Assembly (NCBI GenBank): GCA_963801605.1
Contig: CAWDFP010000006.1
Coordinates: 1,568,001-1,632,000 of the forward strand
Reading direction: 5' to 3'
Length of the DNA: 64,000 nucleotides
Origin: an uncultured candidate division Zixibacteria bacterium
GTDB lineage: Bacteria > Zixibacteria > MSB-5A5 > UBA10806
A program made the position numbers and the translations under genes. Below, piece after piece: positions 1-9,800 of this stretch; position 1 is the first letter of the stretch; every line of letters starts with the position of its first letter. The notes below the pieces were generated by a model, which saw nothing but the letters and a program-made list of their open reading frames with translations, ran no database searches and was not told where the DNA came from.

Positions 1-56
1 AAGGGGAAGATGGCACTTAGAAAGAGACTAAATAACGTGTTTAGTATTAGATCGGT

Positions 57-95
57 GTCGGTTTTCTCGTCCAAGGGACTCGGAACCCGACCTAC
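57..95 (-). repeat. GTAG-type REP-like palindrome
   Basis: Minus strand reads GTAG-GTCGGGTTC...GAAAACCGAC, an imperfect hairpin abutting a GTAG tetranucleotide; same layout as the elements at 19861-19935. Confidence 0.55.
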
Positions 96-241
96 AGGGT
101 TCTTTATATTAATTGAAAATCGATTTACTGAGAGTATGGAGGAATGTCTATAATTTAGCGTTCACGGAGAGAGAGTTTTTTTTGAACTTTGGAAAAAGTG
201 CAGGATGGCTCACGGGAATTGACAAAATTTCGGGTTGAAAT

Positions 242-274
242 AAAAAAGGCGACTATCCCCGAAGTCGCCTTTTT
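242..274. terminator. Bidirectional intrinsic terminator downstream of the Gld-like operon
   Basis: AAAAAAGGCGACT-atccccga-AGTCGCCTTTTT hairpin with flanking A and T tracts, about 25 nt past the stop at 300. Confidence 0.8.
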
Positions 275-299
275 GTATTACCCCTTTAGAGAGAAATTA

Positions 300-1330
300 T
301 CATTTAGGTTTTACAGCTGTCGGCGGTTTTGGCGCTTTGGGAATTTCGAACGGTGTAACAAATACGCGCTCGAAAACGCCTTTATTTACCTTATATACAG
401 TGTTTTCGCCGCTGACCGTTACGTATCGATTGTCCAGCGTATCAATCTTATCGCTGAAATTAATAAGCGTGGCGTCGCCTAAAGAATCGCTAACCCAAAC
501 GCTATAGGGCGGTTTATCGAGATTATGCAATGTGGCGTTGGCCGGATCAACTACGCCCTGGGCCATCAGACCGCTGATGGTGCTCTGTAATCCACGGATT
601 TTACCATCATCAAGGATCGTGCCCTTTTTAGGCGCCACTTGCTCCCATGTTTTCGAGGGGGGACTCATACTATCGATCGGGGGCTGGCTCATCGAAGCGA
701 ATTCGTAGTCAACCTTGGGAGTATGTACCTTGAAAGACGAGAGGTTATCGCGGTTTTTCTTAATGAGATAGAGGTTTATCCAGCGATCATTGGGAAGTTT
801 CTTTTCCGGCGAGGCACCCCAGGCAGAAAATCGTGAGATGAAATTATTATCGGCCAGATAGACTTTAGGCGATCCCGGTACCCGAATAAAACAGCTTTTA
901 CCGTCCGGGCCGCCCTTGCCGATATAAACATGCGCCAGAGTCGAATTATCCGCTCCCATTAGTTTTATCTGCAAGGCGCTCTGATCGGTTATCGCGAAAT
1001 CAGGATAGAGATCCTCGGTTTCCCCGCGAAGGGTTCCGCCGACCGTTGATAAATCGGTAATATCTGTTCGACATCCTTTGTTCTGGCCAGAGCGTTATAA
1101 GCGTTGGTCACCACCCAGTTGGTATCCCGTCTTGTGAATAGGAAACCCGAATCCGGATAGTCCTGTTTGAATACCTGAATTGCCTGCACCGCCTGCGGAT
1201 CGAAGGTGACTTTAAGTTCGGAGAAGCTTTTGAGGTCTTTCGAGGGATGGCTCAGGTTTTTCTGCAAGAAGAAAACGCCAACCAGTACGACAAATACTAT
1301 CAGCAGAATTAGAATCGTCTTTTGACTCAT
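300..1330 (-). CDS. DUF4340-like periplasmic accessory protein of the Gld-type ABC system (one frameshift near 1058)
   Basis: ORF 989..1330 (N-terminal TM anchor) and ORF 300..974 join into one frame (ILTDLSTVGGTLRGETEDLYPDFAITDQSALQIKLMG) with a 1-nt correction; position after a GldG-like gene is typical for DUF4340. Confidence 0.75.
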
Positions 1331-1333
1331 GGC

Positions 1334-3814
1334 TTAGTTTCCTCCACCTGATTGTTCCAGCATGGCACGATAGAGTTGACGTCTCTTCTGTCTCATAAAC
1401 ATCCTGGTAATACCCAGAGTAATGATAACGGCCGGGGCCAACAGGATTGTGAAAAGCCTCCAGAATATCTTGCCGATAGGTGATGTTTCCTTGAGAAAGC
1501 GTACCTGGACCGATTTGCTGCTTATTTGAAGCAGGTCCTCGCTTAATGTCAGGCCCTCGACGGCCTTAAGGAGCAAATCCTCATGTGAAGGTTTCTGACC
1601 CTGATAATCGCCACCGGGAATAAACTGGTCGGAAAATATCTCGCTGGCGCCAATAAGCAGCAATTTGCCGGGCGCTTTTGAAATAGATGTTGCCATCGAA
1701 GGGGCCGGCACAGAATCAGGCTCATCCTGCCACTTGGGGGGCGCCTGGTTCTCATAGGGATCGGGGAATTGCCCCGTGACCATGACTGCCAGCGGCTGCT
1801 TGCCAATAAAGCTTCCGGGTTTGGAGTTTTCGGCATTCAGAGGCCCTCCACCGGAAAATTCGGATTCCCAGCTTTTGGAGCTGGAGGTAAACAGAACGGT
1901 TGAAGTCAATCCGAGGCTGTTTAGTTTGCCGGAATCAATCCTGAGCGGGGAACCCCAGAGATAGACCATCGGCCCCAGGTTGGAGGTAAAGGCGTAACTG
2001 GAATTCATATTTTCGGGTACGACTTTAATCTGTACCGGTGATTGAACATCGATATTGACCGGCAGGCTTATAAAACCGAGCGATTTCTGAGTTTGCATGC
2101 TAACGATCTGGTTTTGCTCATCCATCAGGATTTTATCGCCGATACCGAGTCCGTAGCGTGACAGCAAATCATTAACGGCCGGGTCTTCTTTACCGGGCAT
2201 AATCATGATATCGGTGCCTTTAAGAGGACTGTAATTGAACTTGTATTCCTGAGCGGCAATGATGACGTTCTTACCCGATGCCAGGGTTTTGGCAATTTCA
2301 TACTTTTGTCTCTCGGAGAGCGGGTCGGATGCAAAGACCACCAACGTTTTTAAATTGCCCGGCAATTTTTCCTTGGCGGAAAGATCTACTCGGGAAACAT
2401 TATAGCCGAGCTTTTTCAACGTTTCGGTCACATTCTTGAAGCGGTCAGTCTTGTCCGGGACCTGCTGTCCCATCTGCTGCATATAAGCGCGCATGCGCGG
2501 ATCGTTGTAACGTTGATCTACAGGATCATAGGGAGCGACTACCGCTACGCCGGCCTGGCCGGGCTGGGTCATGCGGAAAATGCGGGAGCAGATATCGTAT
2601 TCCAGTGTCGGCAGACTACCGGGCATCACCTGAGGAATCACATCGTCAGGCTTATCGAGATAGGCAATTGCCAACGATGAGTAAACTTTTTTTATGCCCA
2701 CCGCGTCTTTTTCAGTGGTTCGCAGAGTAAAGGGAGTGATTCCCTTTTGCTCCAATGTTTTGGTCATTTCCTCGTCGGCGGTAGGATCAATAACCTCGAA
2801 TTTTATTTTATCCGATATCTGGGCAAATTCGCCGAGTTTATCGGAGATGTCTCGCTGAAGGTCTTTCATGCCGGCCGGCATTTTTTCTTCAGGGGTCACA
2901 TAGTATCGCAATGTAACCTTGGTTTTTAAGCCTCTGAGAATATTTTTTGCCGACTTGCTGACAGTGTAGATTTTGCCCTGGGTCGTATCCAGCCGTCCCA
3001 GAGGCATGCGGAACAGCACCAGGTTGAGCATGGCCGCCACCGCTATCAGGATTATCGCCGAGGTGGCAAACTTGATATCGGCTTTACGGCGCATTCGCTG
3101 TTCTACGGTCAAGGCGTTTAGCACCAGGAAAACAGCAATCAACGCCAGGAAATAGATGATATCGTTGGGGGTGATAATACCCTTGTACATATTCTCGAAA
3201 CGATCCAGGGAGCCGAGCGATCTTTGCAGGATCGTTCCGAATCCGCCTACCCAGGAATCGAGTTGGGCTGCTACCGGGAGCCATCCCAGTAGATGGATTA
3301 TCAGGCAGCCGATTACCGCCATCACCCATGATGTTATTTGGTCTTTAAACAGTCCTGAGAAGAAAAGGCCGATAGCCGAATAAAGCCCTCCCAGGAAGAA
3401 CAACCCGAGATAGCCTCCAAAGATCGGTCCCCAGTCGGGACGGCCCAGGAATGAGATTGCAATCGGGATTGGCAGCGTGCCGACCAGGTAGAGTACATAA
3501 AAACCAAGTCCTGCCAGATATTTTCCCGCCACCAACTCGTAGGGTTTCATGGGAAGAGATTGCAGTAATGCTATCGATCCTGATTTCTGCTCGTCGGCCC
3601 AGAGCCTCATGGTTATGGCAGGCAGGAAGAAAAGCATCAGCCAGGAGTTGATCGTAAAGAAATCGCGCATCTCAGCCACTCCGGACGAGAAAAAGAAAAA
3701 GAACATATAGAAGCCGGAGCAGACTGCCAATATGGCGATAATGAAAATGTAGGCAATAGGGGAATTAAAATAGGATAAGAATTCCCGTTTGAAAATTGTT
3801 CCGATATTCTTCAT
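1334..3814 (-). CDS. ABC transporter permease fused to a GldG-like periplasmic auxiliary domain (GldF-GldG-like fusion)
   Basis: N-terminus 'IFKREFLSYFNSPIAYI...PAITMRLWADEQKSG' (ABC-2/GldF permease), then 'RLDTTQGKIYTVS' and 'LEYDICSRI' (GldG/ABC_transp_aux), and a C-terminal TM helix. Confidence 0.85.
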   Translation of the reverse strand: MKNIGTIFKREFLSYFNSPIAYIFIIAILAVCSGFYMFFFFFSSGVAEMRDFFTINSWLMLFFLPAITMRLWADEQKSGSIALLQSLPMKPYELVAGKYLAGLGFYVLYLVGTLPIPIAISFLGRPDWGPIFGGYLGLFFLGGLYSAIGLFFSGLFKDQITSWVMAVIGCLIIHLLGWLPVAAQLDSWVGGFGTILQRSLGSLDRFENMYKGIITPNDIIYFLALIAVFLVLNALTVEQRMRRKADIKFATSAIILIAVAAMLNLVLFRMPLGRLDTTQGKIYTVSKSAKNILRGLKTKVTLRYYVTPEEKMPAGMKDLQRDISDKLGEFAQISDKIKFEVIDPTADEEMTKTLEQKGITPFTLRTTEKDAVGIKKVYSSLAIAYLDKPDDVIPQVMPGSLPTLEYDICSRIFRMTQPGQAGVAVVAPYDPVDQRYNDPRMRAYMQQMGQQVPDKTDRFKNVTETLKKLGYNVSRVDLSAKEKLPGNLKTLVVFASDPLSERQKYEIAKTLASGKNVIIAAQEYKFNYSPLKGTDIMIMPGKEDPAVNDLLSRYGLGIGDKILMDEQNQIVSMQTQKSLGFISLPVNIDVQSPVQIKVVPENMNSSYAFTSNLGPMVYLWGSPLRIDSGKLNSLGLTSTVLFTSSSKSWESEFSGGGPLNAENSKPGSFIGKQPLAVMVTGQFPDPYENQAPPKWQDEPDSVPAPSMATSISKAPGKLLLIGASEIFSDQFIPGGDYQGQKPSHEDLLLKAVEGLTLSEDLLQISSKSVQVRFLKETSPIGKIFWRLFTILLAPAVIITLGITRMFMRQKRRQLYRAMLEQSGGGN

Positions 3815-3824
3815 CTGTGATCTC

Positions 3825-4793
3825 CTATGCCGCTTTCTCTTTAAGTGGGGATTTGGACACTCCCGATTTCACATAATATCGGAAAGCTTCTTCAAGCGAG
3901 GCGCGCTCGCGAGTGAACTCTTTGACCGGCCATTTGTTTTTGTAGATGAGATCGGTTAACTGTTCCCAAAGGCCGTCGCCTGACGGTGATTCTATCATGG
4001 CTTTGGCATAGCCGCTGAGTTCCGTGATATTAAAGTCAAAATCGGAATGGCTTTTTAAGCCGGTAAGGGCCTGTTTGAGGTCTGATGATCCCGTTTTGAC
4101 GGTAAGGGTAAAGCGTTGGCCCCGCGAAACCTTGGCCTCAAGCTGTTCGACTGTGCCGTCAGCAACGATATTACCCTCGGTGATAATTACGATGCGATCC
4201 GAAATAGCCTGGGCTTCCTGCAAAATATGAGTCGAAAATAAAATAGTTTTATCTTTGGCAATGGCCCTGATCAGTTCTCTGATTCCCATGATCTGAATCG
4301 GGTCCAAACCCGACGTCGGCTCATCGAGAATTAAAACCTCGGGATCATGGATTAGCGCCTGGGCCAGTCCGGTTCTTTGACCATATCCGCGGGAAAGGGT
4401 GCCAACCGGCGTGCGGTAAACCGATCTGAGACTGCAGGCATGCACGACATAATCAACCCTTTGCTTCAGGGCCGGACCGTCCAGACCGCGGGCTTTTCCC
4501 ACGAAATCAAGATATTCGGCAACCTCCATTTCGGGATAAAGCGGAGGACTTTCGGGGAGATACCCGACTCTGCGCCTGACTTCAATCGGTTCTTTCAGGA
4601 TATCGAATCCGGCCACCTTAGCTTGTCCCGCGGTGGGTACAATCTGGGTGGTGAGGATTTTCATAGTGGTGGTTTTGCCGGCGCCGTTGGGGCCAAGCAG
4701 ACCCAATACTTCGCCTCTCTTGGCCTTGAAGGAGGCGTCTGCCAATGCGACCACCGGACCGTAGCTCATGCATAAACCGTCGGCTTCGACCAT
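3825..4793 (-). CDS. ABC transporter ATP-binding protein (GldA-like)
   Basis: Walker A GPNGAGKT, signature LSRGY, Walker B ILDEP, H-loop STH. Confidence 0.92.
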   Translation of the reverse strand: MVEADGLCMSYGPVVALADASFKAKRGEVLGLLGPNGAGKTTTMKILTTQIVPTAGQAKVAGFDILKEPIEVRRRVGYLPESPPLYPEMEVAEYLDFVGKARGLDGPALKQRVDYVVHACSLRSVYRTPVGTLSRGYGQRTGLAQALIHDPEVLILDEPTSGLDPIQIMGIRELIRAIAKDKTILFSTHILQEAQAISDRIVIITEGNIVADGTVEQLEAKVSRGQRFTLTVKTGSSDLKQALTGLKSHSDFDFNITELSGYAKAMIESPSGDGLWEQLTDLIYKNKWPVKEFTRERASLEEAFRYYVKSGVSKSPLKEKAA

Positions 4794-4946
4794 AATGCTA
4801 TACCCTCTTGTTCAATTGTGAATGGTTTTCCATCTTTATCCGCATCATAACATATCAGAATTAAGTATACCGCTAAGGATATTCAAAGTTCGTCAAAATA
4901 TTAAATAAACCAAAAAAAATCCACTATTAAATGGGAGCTAATTCCG

Positions 4947-4986
4947 TATGCCTCAGGATGTCACTTTGTTTCCATCCTGAGGCATA
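4947..4986. repeat. Perfect 14-bp inverted repeat
   Basis: TATGCCTCAGGATG (4947-4960) and CATCCTGAGGCATA (4973-4986), 12-nt spacer. Confidence 0.8.
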
Positions 4987-4995
4987 ATATAAGTT

Positions 4996-5022
4996 AGCGG
5001 TCGGGTGAAGGCACCCGACCGC
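4996..5022. repeat. REP-like GC-rich palindrome (second copy at 63961)
   Basis: GCGGTCGGGTG-aagg-CACCCGACCGC; the same arms recur at 63961-63986 with a different 4-nt loop. Confidence 0.75.
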
Positions 5023-5045
5023 ATTTAATTAGCATATATTAGAAT

Positions 5046-5306
5046 CTAATCCTTAACGCAGCGAACCGAAAACCCGGATCGCATATTGTCATAGCCTCGG
5101 TAAGCTTCTGAACGATTGGACTGCAGGGCTTGGTTCCATGCATTGCTACTATAGCTATGGTTCTCAGTAGAAGACCAAAAGAAAGCGTATCCACCCATAT
5201 CGTGGCAACCCCCATCGACGTGACGGCAGCCGCCGGGCAACGCGGAAAAACCGCTTTCGTTGGTGGCTCCGTAATTTGGAGCTTGCCAAAAAGTGGTTCC
5301 CGTTAT
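5046..5306 (-). pseudogene. Orphan C-terminal fragment of a FISUMP (Fib_succ_major) domain
   Basis: Frame reads TGTTFWQAPNYGATNESGFSALPGG..R...FFWSSTE...NAW...GFSVRCVKD*, the hallmark FISUMP C-terminus; in-frame TGA at 5307-5309 and no N-terminal part of the domain upstream. Confidence 0.75.
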
Positions 5307-5461
5307 TCATGCCGCCATGCACCCCAATTGCTTGAGATTACTGCCAATCGAACCACATTACTGCGCATTCTCCATTGCGCATTCGCTCTGCAATCGATAT
5401 ATTTTTGCCCCTGGCGATGCAATTAATGTGTTGGAATTGAAATATTCGAAAAGAGGTAAAT

Positions 5462-6739
5462 GTGCACGGCGAAAATAAGAAGAACTGGTGGAAATCGGCC
5501 CTGCCGAACTGTAAACCCCAAACGAGGGTCCTGACCGTCGGATACGATCCGGGCCTGTCCGAAATGTCGGCCAAGGTCCCGATCTTTCCAACCTCGACAT
5601 TCCTATTCAAAACCGCGGAGGACGGCGAGCGCTTTTTCCATCTGCAAAACCACCCCGAGGATAGGGGTCCCGATGACGATCTCGGCCTGATCTATTCCCG
5701 CATGAACAATCCCAATATGGAGATTGTCGAGGATAAGATGCTGGTTCTCGAACCGGGCGCCGAAGCCGCCGCCGTGCTGCCATCGGGTATGTCGGCCATA
5801 TCGACCATGTGTTTGGCTCTCCTCAAACCGGGCGACCTTATTATCTACTCCGCCCCCGTTTACGGCGGCACCGAGCATTTTTTCCATGATATTCTTTCAA
5901 AATTCGGCATAAAGGCTGTTCCCGTTTATGGCCCTGATCCCGCCGAATATAAATTAGCGTTGGATGCTAATAAAGACAGTGTCGCTATGGTATTTTTGGA
6001 AACCCCGGCTAACCCCACCATGGCCCAGACCGATATCGAGGCAATCGTAAAACTAACAGGCCAATATAAAGGCGCAAACGGACATATTCTGGTGGTTGCC
6101 GATAACACCTTCCTGGGGCCGGTTTTCCAGCATTGTTTCCCTCTGGGAGTCGATTTGGTAGTCTACTCGGCCACCAAGTTTTTAGGCGGCCACTCCGATC
6201 TCATTGGGGGATTTGTTTTGGGCCGTAAGGCAGAGCTTATTAAAGTCAAATCGTTCCGCTCGGTTTTAGGAGCGACCACCGATCCTTTCTGCTGCTGGCT
6301 GATGTCACGTTCTCTGGAGACGGTCGAGCTTCGCATGCGTCAATGCGCCGAAAACGCCAAGGAAGTAGCGGGATTTCTGAACACTCATCCCAATATCACC
6401 AAAGTTATTTATCCGGGTCTCCTTAAAGAATGTGATCCGGAATACAAAATTTATAAAAAGCAATCCAGCGGACCGGGTTCGCTGATTTCCTTCTATGTTA
6501 AGGGCGGCAAGAAGGAGGCATTCGAGGTCCTGAACAATGTCAAAATTTGCCGGTTGGCGGTCAGCCTGGGCGGAACAGAGACCCTGATCGAGCATCCACG
6601 CAGGCATACCCATGCCAGTGTACCGGAGGAAATGTGCCAGAAGGTTGGTTTGACTGATTCAATGATCAGGATTTCTATCGGCCTTGAGGCACCCTGCGAT
6701 TTGATCGATGATCTTAAGCAGGCTTTGGATAGAATTTAA
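5462..6739 (+). CDS. PLP-dependent Cys/Met metabolism enzyme (cystathionine gamma-synthase/lyase or methionine gamma-lyase family)
   Basis: IYSRMNNPN, SGMSAI, VYGGT, ETPANPT, DNTF, SATKFLGGHSD (PLP lysine), AVSLGGTETL. Confidence 0.9.
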   Translation: MHGENKKNWWKSALPNCKPQTRVLTVGYDPGLSEMSAKVPIFPTSTFLFKTAEDGERFFHLQNHPEDRGPDDDLGLIYSRMNNPNMEIVEDKMLVLEPGAEAAAVLPSGMSAISTMCLALLKPGDLIIYSAPVYGGTEHFFHDILSKFGIKAVPVYGPDPAEYKLALDANKDSVAMVFLETPANPTMAQTDIEAIVKLTGQYKGANGHILVVADNTFLGPVFQHCFPLGVDLVVYSATKFLGGHSDLIGGFVLGRKAELIKVKSFRSVLGATTDPFCCWLMSRSLETVELRMRQCAENAKEVAGFLNTHPNITKVIYPGLLKECDPEYKIYKKQSSGPGSLISFYVKGGKKEAFEVLNNVKICRLAVSLGGTETLIEHPRRHTHASVPEEMCQKVGLTDSMIRISIGLEAPCDLIDDLKQALDRI

Positions 6740-6760
6740 TAGAATAAGCAGCATTTATAG

Positions 6761-6784
6761 AGGGCTCGTCGGAGCCCTTTTTTT
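6761..6784 (+). terminator. Intrinsic terminator
   Basis: AGGGCTC-gtcg-GAGCCCT followed by a T tract. Confidence 0.8.
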
Positions 6785-6890
6785 ATTTCGCAGGAAAAAA
6801 CTCTTTGATTTTCAGGGGATTTTGGCTAAACTATCGGATACTGTTTGACACAATTTAATAGACGATGATCGAACCGGGGGAGGGAGCATC

Positions 6891-8222
6891 ATGAGTATCA
6901 ACAGACTTACGCTGATTTTGGCGGCTGGAGCATTGATTATTTTATCACCTCTGAATTCCTACGCCGTTCCAAGTTATGCCCGTCAAACAAACTTAGCCTG
7001 CAAGACGTGCCATTATCTTTTTCCGGAGTTGAATTCGTTTGGACGATTGTTCAAGCTTCACGGCTATACCCAGGTTGGAACCGATGTTATTGAAGCTAAG
7101 AATAGCAAAGACAAAACCTCGCTGAGCCTTCTGAAAATTCCTCCTCTTTCCGGAATGCTGCAGGCGACTTTCAATCATTTGAATACCGGAATTCCCGGCA
7201 CTCAGAATAATGACGTTAATTTTCCGGAGCAGTTGAGTTTCTTTTTCGCGGGGCAGGTAACGCCAAATTTCGGGGCATTCGTACAGTATACATACGCGGT
7301 TGAGGGCGCCTCGTTCAATCTCGATCTGGTGGATATTCGTTTTGCCAATGAAACGGAGCTTGGCTCAAAAGATTTGGTTTACGGAGCGACTTTAAATGAT
7401 AATCCCACTATTCAGGATGTATGGAATAGCACCCCTATCTGGGGTTTCCCTTACGCGGCCTCATCGATTACCCCAGGGCCATCGGCATCAACCATAATCG
7501 AGGGAGGTTTGGAGCGCCAGGTGGCCGGACTGGGTGTTTATGCTCTCTGGAACAGACTGATTTACGGCGAGTTTGATCTGTATCGGTCAGCGCCGCAAGG
7601 AGGCGATCATCCGCCGGATTCAACGTCGGAGCGAATCATTAAGAAATTGGCTCCGTATTGGCGAATAGCTCTTCAAAAACAGTGGCCGGGACAATATTTG
7701 TCGGTGGGCGCTTATGGAATCTCTGCCAGGTTATTTCCCACCGGGGTTAGCGGCCTGACCGACCGCTTTAACGATCTGGCGTTTGATTGTCAATATGAGC
7801 GCATGGTTGGCGACGGCAATTTTACGGCGCATGGCACATATATTCACGAGAAGCAGAATCTGACGGCCACATTTTCGGATGACGGTTCTACAAATAAGAT
7901 AATCAAATTGAACACGTTAAGGCTCAACGCCAATTATTATTTCGAAAGTTACGTCGGAGTTTCCCTGGGATACTTTTCAACGACCGGCACCAAGGACCAA
8001 ATATTATATGCATCTGCGCCGGTTTTCGGGAGCCGGTTGGGCAGCCCCAATAGCGATGGAGTCATAGCCGAACTTGATTTTGTCCCCTGGCTAAACACGA
8101 AATTTTCCATTCAATACGCAATTTATGATAAATTTAACGGCGCCAAGAAAAACTATGACGGTTTCGGAAGAAACGCATCCGATAACAACACGCTGTACCT
8201 GCTGTCATGGTTCGCTATGTAA
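6891..8222 (+). CDS. cyc2: Cyc2-like fused monoheme cytochrome c / outer-membrane beta-barrel
   Basis: Signal peptide, then AVPSYARQTNLACKTCHYLFPELNSFGRLFKLHGY (PxFARQT, CxxCH, PxL, GRxFKxxGY as in Cyc2), followed by ~380 aa of amphipathic beta strands ending 'LYLLSWFAM'. Confidence 0.8.
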   Translation: MSINRLTLILAAGALIILSPLNSYAVPSYARQTNLACKTCHYLFPELNSFGRLFKLHGYTQVGTDVIEAKNSKDKTSLSLLKIPPLSGMLQATFNHLNTGIPGTQNNDVNFPEQLSFFFAGQVTPNFGAFVQYTYAVEGASFNLDLVDIRFANETELGSKDLVYGATLNDNPTIQDVWNSTPIWGFPYAASSITPGPSASTIIEGGLERQVAGLGVYALWNRLIYGEFDLYRSAPQGGDHPPDSTSERIIKKLAPYWRIALQKQWPGQYLSVGAYGISARLFPTGVSGLTDRFNDLAFDCQYERMVGDGNFTAHGTYIHEKQNLTATFSDDGSTNKIIKLNTLRLNANYYFESYVGVSLGYFSTTGTKDQILYASAPVFGSRLGSPNSDGVIAELDFVPWLNTKFSIQYAIYDKFNGAKKNYDGFGRNASDNNTLYLLSWFAM

Positions 8223-8249
8223 TCGATATTAATAAAGAAGGAGAATGAA

Positions 8250-8813
8250 ATGAAAAAATCAGTACTTATCATGGTGATATTGCTGGCCATCGTGCCGGTT
8301 TACTTGTCGTCACAATTGCTGGCGCAAGAAAAAATGGGCTCATCCGAAAAAAAGATGGCCAAACTTGATACATCAAAGGTTAAGGCCGAAACTAAGAAGG
8401 ATGATATGGCCATGCCCGCCATGAAAGATTCAACCAAGGCCGGTGAAAAATCCTCGCATAAATCCGATGACAAAGGGATAGGTCCCATCAAGGAGCTAAA
8501 GTTGGGTCCGATTGATACGTCGATGGTTTCCAAGGGACAGGCGCTGTTCCAAAGTCAGTGCGTAACCTGTCATCAATTAGATAAGAAAAAGATAGGCCCG
8601 CCGCTTCGCAACGTAACCGATCAAATGACTCCCGAATTTATCATGAATATGATCCTGAATACTGACATCATGGAAAAGAAAGATCCCGAGGTTAAAAAGC
8701 TGATCTCGGAATATGGCACCTATATGTCGGTATTGGATATCAAGCCGGATCAGGCTCGTCAACTGTTGGAATTTTTGAGATGGGCAGGCAAACAACCGCC
8801 AAATAAAAAGTAG
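8250..8813 (+). CDS. Periplasmic monoheme class I cytochrome c
   Basis: Signal peptide, Lys/Met-rich linker, GIGPI..., CVTCH heme motif, 'IGPPL', 'PEFIMNMILN', distal Met candidate in 'YGTYM'; 27 nt after cyc2 with SD AAGGAG. Confidence 0.88.
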   Translation: MKKSVLIMVILLAIVPVYLSSQLLAQEKMGSSEKKMAKLDTSKVKAETKKDDMAMPAMKDSTKAGEKSSHKSDDKGIGPIKELKLGPIDTSMVSKGQALFQSQCVTCHQLDKKKIGPPLRNVTDQMTPEFIMNMILNTDIMEKKDPEVKKLISEYGTYMSVLDIKPDQARQLLEFLRWAGKQPPNKK

Positions 8814-8944
8814 TTATTTTATCTATTTTTAATATTAATTCAGAGCGTAGTCGAGGCGGCATCCGATTATGGCGCAATTTTCCTTGAAAATGCGTTCAGG
8901 ATCGCTATTTTGACTAATCTGAACATATCGAAGGGAGATATCGC

Positions 8945-9800
8945 ATGCTGTTAGGCGCGCACATGTCTATTGCAGGAGGGGTATATAACGCCCTTTTAGA
9001 TGGTGAAAAGGTTGGCTGTACCACAATTCAAATCTTTACCAAATCGAGTAACCAGTGGCGGGCAAAGGAGCTTGGCGACGATGAAGTTAGCCCGCTATCA
9101 CGCCGAACAAAAAAGGACAGGTATTTCCCCGGTTGTAGCGCATGATTCATATCTGATAAATCTCTGCTCGCCGGACGATACCCTGCTTGAAAAATCACGC
9201 CAGGCATTTTTGATCGAGATGACCAGGTGCGAAAAGCTGAAGATTCCGTATTTGGTTACTCATCCCGGCGGCCACATGGGACAAGGCGAAGAAGAGGGCC
9301 TGAAGAAGATCGCCGAATCTCTCAATTGGCTCCATGAGAAATCGCCTAATTTCAAAGTCAAGGTTGCGCTGGAAAGCACCGCCGGCCAGGGGACAGGTCT
9401 CGGTTACCGATTCGAACAATTAGCGCGGATGATCGAGCTTTGCTCTCAACCGGAGCGGGTCATGGTATGTCTCGATACCTGCCATATTTTCGCGGCCGGT
9501 TATGATATCACAACTCAGGAGAGTTACAATAAAACGTTTTCGGAGTTCGACCGTATAATAGGCCTGAAGCGCCTGGCGGCAATTCACCTAAACGACTCCA
9601 AAAAGGGTCTCGGTTCGCGGGTGGATCGTCACGAGCATATCGGCAAGGGGACTATCGGAGAAAAGCCTTTCGGATTCATTATGAAAGATAAGCGGCTTGA
9701 TAAGATCCCCAAACTTTTGGAAACCCCCAAGGAAAATGAAATGGATTCAGTCAATCTGGGTATCCTCCGAAAGTTAGCGGGGGCAAGCGGCAAAAAATGA
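8945..9800 (+). CDS. nfo: Endonuclease IV (frameshift near 9090)
   Basis: MLLGAHMSIAGG, QIFTKSSNQW, HDSYLINL, HPG, ESTAGQG, CLDTCH, HLNDSK, DRHEHIG, LETP; ORFs 8945..9145 and 9000..9800 overlap in different frames. Confidence 0.9.

Noticed and set aside
5310..5461. SAM riboswitch or T-box upstream of the Cys/Met PLP enzyme
   Set aside because: No SAM-I core or T-box motif is visible; only a 9-bp direct repeat TGCGCATTC (5362, 5376) of unknown meaning.
6800..6870. FNR/Fur-type box upstream of cyc2
   Set aside because: Only a weak partial match (TTGAC-N4-TTTAA), not distinguishable from a -35 element.
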